A stretch of 64,000 nucleotides of DNA, taken from NCBI GenBank assembly GCA_030649895.1, contig JAUSEX010000040.1, positions 16,839 to 80,838 of the forward strand. Direction: 5' to 3'. Made by a program: the position numbers and the translations under genes. This DNA comes from Candidatus Omnitrophota bacterium. Its GTDB lineage: Bacteria > Omnitrophota > Gorgyraeia > Gorgyraeales > Gorgyraeaceae. This document shows, piece by piece, positions 58,831 through 64,000 of the stretch (the first letter of the stretch is position 1; every line of letters begins with the position of its first letter). The notes beneath the pieces were generated by a model. The model searched no databases. It had not been told where the DNA came from and was given only the letters and a program-made list of their open reading frames with translations.

Positions 58831-60365
58831 AAAAATTTTATATAACAACGCCTTTATATTATGTAAACAGCGTTCCTCATATAGGGCATTCTTATACAAA
58901 TATTGCCTGCGATACGCTCGCGAGATACAAAAGGCTTATGGGGGACGAGGTCTTATTTGTCACGGGTACTGACGAGCATGGCCAGAAGATAAAAGACGCG
59001 GCGCAGGCGAAAGGCCTGGAGCCCAAGGAGTTTGTTGACACCATAGTGCCGATTTTCCTGGGGCTATGGAAAAAACTGGAAATAGATTATACTGATTTTA
59101 TTCGCACGACAGAACCAAGGCATGAGAAAGTGGTAAAAGAAATATTGGAGATGTTTCATGAAAAAGGGGATTTGTATGAAGGCGAATACAGCGGCTGGTA
59201 TTGCACTCCATGCGAAAGCTTCTGGATAGAAACGCAGCTTATAGACGGAAATTGCCCGGACTGTCAGAGAAAAGTTGAACATATAAAAGAAAGGAATTTT
59301 TTCTTTAAGCTTTCGAAATATCAGGATTGGCTCATAGATTATATAAAATCGCACGATGATTTTATATTGCCTGCAATGCGGCGCAACGAGATGCTCGGTT
59401 TTTTAAAAAATCCTTTGAGCGATCTATGCGTATCCAGGCCGAAATCAAGGCTATCGTGGGGCATAGAAATACCTTTCAGCAAAGATCATGTTACGTACGT
59501 GTGGTTTGACGCCCTGATAAATTATATAAGCGTGTGCGGATACGGAAGCGATACTGAAAAGTTCAATAAATTTTGGCCGGCTGACGTGCATATGATCGGA
59601 AAAGATATCTTAAGGATGCATGCGGTCAATTGGCCTATTATGCTTCACACTGCAGGATTAGAACTGCCAAAGACAATCTTTGCGCATGGCTGGTGGAAGA
59701 TAGGCGGCGACAAGATGTCCAAGTCAAAAGGCAATGTTGTAAATCCCATCGAGATGGTTGATAAATACGGGGTGGATGCGTACAGATTTTTTCTTCTAAA
59801 AGAGGTTCAGTTTGGGGCGGATGGGTCATTTTCAGAAGAGGCGTTGATTTCTAGGATCAATAGCGATCTCGCAAATGACCTGGGGAACCTTTTGCATAGG
59901 ACCTTAGCGATGGTAGAGAAGTATTTTTCCGGCGTCGTGCCGGAAAGAAGAGACCTGAAACATTCAGATGAAGTTACGAAAGCGCTTATCGATAAAGCCG
60001 GGACTCTTGGTCCTGAAATAATAAAAGGCATGGATAATATGGATTTTAGCTACTCCCTCAACGGTATATGGGGTTTGATAAGCACGGCAAATAAATTTAT
60101 AGAGCAGAAAGCGCCGTGGAAATTATCAAAAGAAAACAAACAGGATGAACTGAAAGACATGATGTATGATCTATGCGGGGTCCTTAGCATGGTGGCAGTG
60201 GCATTGGCGCCGTTTATGCCCGACACATCGGTTAAAATAGCGGGGCAGCTCGGCCTTAAGGGTATAGAAAAAATGAATTTTAATGATTTAAAATGGGGCG
60301 TACTTAAATCAGGTACGAAGATTAACAAGGCTGCGCCTCTTTTTCCCAGGATCGAAACAACCTGA
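58827..60365 (+). CDS. metG: Methionyl-tRNA synthetase (short form)
   Basis: HIGH (PHIGHSYT), zinc knuckle (CTPCESF ... CPDCQ), KMSKS (KMSKSKGN). Confidence 0.9.
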   Translation: MKKFYITTPLYYVNSVPHIGHSYTNIACDTLARYKRLMGDEVLFVTGTDEHGQKIKDAAQAKGLEPKEFVDTIVPIFLGLWKKLEIDYTDFIRTTEPRHEKVVKEILEMFHEKGDLYEGEYSGWYCTPCESFWIETQLIDGNCPDCQRKVEHIKERNFFFKLSKYQDWLIDYIKSHDDFILPAMRRNEMLGFLKNPLSDLCVSRPKSRLSWGIEIPFSKDHVTYVWFDALINYISVCGYGSDTEKFNKFWPADVHMIGKDILRMHAVNWPIMLHTAGLELPKTIFAHGWWKIGGDKMSKSKGNVVNPIEMVDKYGVDAYRFFLLKEVQFGADGSFSEEALISRINSDLANDLGNLLHRTLAMVEKYFSGVVPERRDLKHSDEVTKALIDKAGTLGPEIIKGMDNMDFSYSLNGIWGLISTANKFIEQKAPWKLSKENKQDELKDMMYDLCGVLSMVAVALAPFMPDTSVKIAGQLGLKGIEKMNFNDLKWGVLKSGTKINKAAPLFPRIETT

Positions 60366-60423
60366 GGATCAGCATCGTTGTTTTTCCGGTTGTCTGAAAG
60401 CTTGCACAAAAGGAGTTGGAATA

Positions 60424-61581
60424 ATGAAACAAATATATCTGGATCATAACGCCACAACGCCGGTACGTAAAGAAGTTTTGGAAGCAATGATGCCTTATTT
60501 TTCCGAAGATTACGGAAATGCCTCGAGCGTATATTCAATGGGCCAGAGGGCGAGGCAGGCGGTAGATAAAGCGAGGGAAACTATAGGTAATGCGCTGGGC
60601 ACAGAAGCTACTGATATTATTTTTACTTCAGGGGGCACAGAGTCAAATAATTTTGCCATAAAAGGCGTTGCAATGGCGAATCTGAATAGGGGAAGGCATG
60701 TGATAACGTCTAGCACGGAGCATCTGGCTGTTTTAGAGCCCTGCAGGTTCATAGAAAAGGAATTAGGTTTCGATGTTACGTATCTTCCTGTGGATAAATA
60801 CGGTTTAGTCGATATCAATAAATTAAAAGAGGCTATAAGAAAAGATACGGTTCTCATATCTATAATGTTTGCCAATAATGAGACAGGTACGGTTCAGCCT
60901 GTAAAAGAGATCGCTAAAATAGCCCGCGAGAATAAAATATATTTTCATACAGATGCTGTGCAGGTCCTGGGTAAGATACCTATAGACGTAGAAGACCTGG
61001 GGATCGATATGTGTTCTTTTTCAGGGCATAAGGTTTACGCCCCAAAAGGCATAGGCGCGATGTATCTCAGGAAAGGCGTCAAGATAGCCCCTTTTCAGCA
61101 TGGCGGACATCATGAGAGAAATAAAAGGGCAGGCACGGAAAACGTGCCGGGCATTGTAGGTTTCGCAAAAGCCGTTGAAATAGCCGGAAGGGATATGAAA
61201 AAGAACGATATCCATATAAAGAGGCTCGCAGAAAAGATGTGGGATGGATTGAATAAGGCGCTTAAGGAAATATATCTTAATGGCCATACTGAAAACAGTC
61301 TTTCCAGCACGCTTAATATAAGTTTTAAATATATAGAAGGCGAATCAATGGTGTTGAATTTTGACATGAAAGGCATATTCGCTTCAACAGGCTCTGCCTG
61401 CACCTCCGGGTCTTTAGAGCCTTCGCGTGTATTGACAGCCATGGGCGTTCCTCCTGAGCTGGCTCAAGGGTCTGTAAGGTTTTCTTTTGGATACGAGAAC
61501 ACAGAAGAAGACGTAGATTATTGCCTGGCTGAAATCCCTCCTGTAGTGGAAAGGCTCAGGAAAATGTCTCCTTTATGCTGA
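60424..61581 (+). CDS. iscS: Cysteine desulfurase (NifS/IscS family, class V aminotransferase)
   Basis: PLP-binding Lys in SFSGHKVYAPKG, active-site Cys loop STGSACTSG; 385 aa. Confidence 0.8.
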   Translation: MKQIYLDHNATTPVRKEVLEAMMPYFSEDYGNASSVYSMGQRARQAVDKARETIGNALGTEATDIIFTSGGTESNNFAIKGVAMANLNRGRHVITSSTEHLAVLEPCRFIEKELGFDVTYLPVDKYGLVDINKLKEAIRKDTVLISIMFANNETGTVQPVKEIAKIARENKIYFHTDAVQVLGKIPIDVEDLGIDMCSFSGHKVYAPKGIGAMYLRKGVKIAPFQHGGHHERNKRAGTENVPGIVGFAKAVEIAGRDMKKNDIHIKRLAEKMWDGLNKALKEIYLNGHTENSLSSTLNISFKYIEGESMVLNFDMKGIFASTGSACTSGSLEPSRVLTAMGVPPELAQGSVRFSFGYENTEEDVDYCLAEIPPVVERLRKMSPLC

Positions 61582-62345
61582 TAGATACCCATTGCCATCT
61601 GGATTTTAAAGATTTTAATGATGACAGGCCTGTTGTTTTAAAGCGCGCCAGGGATGGCGGGGTGGGTATTATTATAAATGTCGGATCCAGTCTGGAAGGG
61701 ACAGCCAGGTCTGTGGAGATCGCCAATGAGAACGATTTTATTTATGCGGCTGTCGGCATACATCCCCACGAAGCTGATAGCGTAAGCGAGAAAGATTTTA
61801 AGCTTTTTTCCGGGTTTCTTGACAAGCCGAAGGTTGTGGCAATAGGCGAAATCGGACTGGATTATTATAAAAATATCTCATCCAGGGAAAATCAAAAGAA
61901 ATTATTTACCAGGCTTCTCGAGACTGCAAAAGGCGCAGGCCTGCCTTTAATAATACACAACCGCGATTCCCATCAGGACATGATCGATATTTTAAAAGAT
62001 GTCATGGGTAGTTCAGTGAGCGGAGCGATGCATTGTTTTTCGGGAGATGAAAATTTTTTAAAGATATGCCTGGATATGGGATTTTTTATATCCTTTACCT
62101 GTAATATTACATATAAAAATGCCAATAAGCTTAAAGAGACAGTCAGGTTGGTTCCAATGGACAGGCTTCTTATTGAGACAGATGCCCCGTTTCTGGCCCC
62201 GCAGGATTTCAGGGGCAAGCGTAACGAACCTGTCCATGTTAAGTATGTCGCGGAAGAGGTTGCAAAGATAAAGGGGATTAGTTTCGAGAAGGTTGCAGGC
62301 GTAACTACAGAAAATGCCAGGCGGTTATTCAAGATAAACGCTTAA
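61575..62345 (+). CDS. tatD: TatD family metal-dependent DNase
   Basis: LIDTHCHLDF N-terminus and later His/Asp metal ligands (IHNRDSHQDM, ETDAPFL). Confidence 0.85.
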   Translation: MLIDTHCHLDFKDFNDDRPVVLKRARDGGVGIIINVGSSLEGTARSVEIANENDFIYAAVGIHPHEADSVSEKDFKLFSGFLDKPKVVAIGEIGLDYYKNISSRENQKKLFTRLLETAKGAGLPLIIHNRDSHQDMIDILKDVMGSSVSGAMHCFSGDENFLKICLDMGFFISFTCNITYKNANKLKETVRLVPMDRLLIETDAPFLAPQDFRGKRNEPVHVKYVAEEVAKIKGISFEKVAGVTTENARRLFKINA

Positions 62346-62455
62346 AGCTGTTTTTCGACGAAGTCTATCCAGAGAGAAGCCGATGGGGCTCGAGCAACAT
62401 GTCCTGGGATTGTCGAAGGATATTCTTCGAGCGAATGAGTCGGAAAGACAAGATT

Positions 62456-63484
62456 ATGTCAAATTTTCTTAGGCGCGAACGCGCATATATCTGGATGGCA
62501 ATTTTTATATTAAGCGTCAATCTTCTCGGTATAGGGCATGCGCGCGGAAAAAATTTAAAGGCCAGGAAAAACATATCCTCAATGTCTTTTAAAGACATGG
62601 GCGTTACAGAGGAAAAGATAAAACTATTCCTTGAATCAGAAAGGCCAGGCGCGAAATTTTTTAGATACGGGTTTTTCGCCGGGGTTTTTATGCTTTTGGG
62701 AGGGGCGGTGACGAATCTAATCCTTCTTTTAGGGAGGAAGAAAATAGTCCTTGAAAAAAATCCGGATAAAATATCCGTATCGTGGGGGATAGCGGATGTG
62801 CTAAGGGTGGCTGTTGTAGTGATTTTTTCAGGGTATATGCTGGGGGCGTCAAGCAGCGCGCTTTCGAACCTATTTCATTTTAACATTGACGCTAATCTGG
62901 GCATGATACTGGGCACGTTTTCTATGGATATGATTGCGGGCGCAGCGATATTGTATTTTGTCCTGATAAAATACAAGGAGAGATTGTCCAGCCTCGGCGT
63001 TATGGGAGCCGGTTTTTATAAAAATGTCTTATCCGGGCTTACCGCTTATGTATTTATATTTCCTGTTTTAGTGGCAGTCCTTATTTTATCGATGATGCTA
63101 CTGAACGCAATAGGATATAAATTTCCAGCGCAGCCCGTATTTGATATGTTTTTAGAAGAAAAAAGAAGCAATGTGATTTTATTTTTAACGGTATTTGTAT
63201 CCATCCTGGGCCCTATTATAGAAGAAGTATTTTTCAGGGGATTTTTGTATAGCGCCGCAAGGAAGCGTTTTGGCGTATTGTCCGGGGCGTTGCTCAGCGC
63301 GGTTTTGTTTAGCATACTGCATACAAATATCGCGGGTTTTATCCCGATTATGATACTGGGGATCCTGATGGCGTTTTTATATGAAACGACGGGATCTCTA
63401 ATAGCGCCTATAACCGTTCATATAGTCCATAATTCGATTATAGTGGGTTTTGTATTTTTTATAAAACAGGTTATTCGCGGTTGA
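62456..63484 (+). CDS. CPBP-family intramembrane metalloprotease (CAAX protease/Abi)
   Basis: EEVFFRGFLYSAARKRFG (EExxxR motif) and later histidine (FSILHTNIA) motifs within a polytopic membrane protein; start chosen at the third in-frame ATG, which is uncertain (the ORF opens at 62399). Confidence 0.6.
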   Translation: MSNFLRRERAYIWMAIFILSVNLLGIGHARGKNLKARKNISSMSFKDMGVTEEKIKLFLESERPGAKFFRYGFFAGVFMLLGGAVTNLILLLGRKKIVLEKNPDKISVSWGIADVLRVAVVVIFSGYMLGASSSALSNLFHFNIDANLGMILGTFSMDMIAGAAILYFVLIKYKERLSSLGVMGAGFYKNVLSGLTAYVFIFPVLVAVLILSMMLLNAIGYKFPAQPVFDMFLEEKRSNVILFLTVFVSILGPIIEEVFFRGFLYSAARKRFGVLSGALLSAVLFSILHTNIAGFIPIMILGILMAFLYETTGSLIAPITVHIVHNSIIVGFVFFIKQVIRG

Positions 63485-63491
63485 GTGAGAG

Positions 63492-64000
63492 ATGAAGACA
63501 AAGGTCAGCATTGTAAAATGCAGGAGTTACGATATAGATGAAGTTCAAAAGGCTGTAAGCAGGGCTTTTGATCTTTTGGGAGGGATAGGGGCCTTTATAA
63601 AAAAAGGCGAACGCGCGCTTATTAAACCTAATATGCTTTCAGCCCGTTTGCCTAAGGACGGGGTATGTACGCACCTGGAAGTAATAAGAGCTGTTGTCAG
63701 ATTAGTCAGAGATTGCGGCGCAGTGGCTTTTATAGGAGATAATCCCGGAGGTTCAATGAGCCCCCTGGCAGTATACGAGGGCGCCGGCTTGAAGGCTCTT
63801 GCAAGCGAAGAAGGCGTGGAGTTAAAAGAAACAAAAGGCGTAAAGATAATAAACGGCGTCCCTATAGCAGCTTATATTTTTGAATGCGATAAAATAATAA
63901 ATCTGCCTAAAATGAAGACTCATAGCCTGATGGGGCTTACGGGGGCGGTTAAAAATATGTACGGCGCTTGCGCAGGACTTCATAAAAGCGAATTGCATAA
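63492..64000 (+). CDS. DUF362-family protein (putative Fe-S protein), 3' end outside the window
   Basis: MKTKVSIVKCRSYD...ALIKPNMLSARLPKDGVCTHLEVIRAVV is the characteristic DUF362 N-terminus; the ORF is open to the window end. Confidence 0.5.
   Translation, partial: MKTKVSIVKCRSYDIDEVQKAVSRAFDLLGGIGAFIKKGERALIKPNMLSARLPKDGVCTHLEVIRAVVRLVRDCGAVAFIGDNPGGSMSPLAVYEGAGLKALASEEGVELKETKGVKIINGVPIAAYIFECDKIINLPKMKTHSLMGLTGAVKNMYGACAGLHKSELH

Overview
AT-rich (about 40% GC) chromosomal window from an uncultured-looking diderm bacterium. Most of it is housekeeping genes in blocks of Firmicutes-like order: nrdJ fragment and dcd, gpmA, lptE-holA, rpsT, murJ, uvrC, ogt, prfB, secA, lnt, lysS, lolE-lolD, ilvE, mcsA-mcsB-clpC, mlaE, ruvCAB, mlaF-mlaD, yacL-ispD-ispF-cysS, tmk-holB-ricT-metG, nifS, tatD. 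Outer-membrane genes (BamD-like, LptE, Lol, Mla, secretins) show it is diderm. Three things stand out. (1) A single uninterrupted 7.6 kb ORF (2535 aa) for a membrane-anchored giant protein of mostly unrecognisable sequence, with an embedded GGDEF-like palm motif and a C-terminal Rossmann/methyltransferase-like module, preceded by a consensus promoter and a short terminated leader. (2) A type IV pilus / type II secretion-like locus: a 1038-aa GspK-like minor pseudopilin carrying adhesin-like inserts (Ca-binding loops, three beta-sandwich repeats, a lamin-tail domain), a multi-Ig surface protein, a MerR regulator, a PilM-PilN fusion, PilO, PilP and two tandem paralogous secretins. (3) Three families of dispersed small palindromic repeats. 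Family A is a roughly 44-bp near-perfect palindrome with compensatory arm substitutions, present in 4 copies, one of them in-frame inside a radical SAM gene and one forming the 3' end of uvrC. These repeats also create artefactual upstream ORF extensions for lnt, cysS, tmk and a small membrane ORF. No tRNA, rRNA, CRISPR array, transposase or integrase was recognised.
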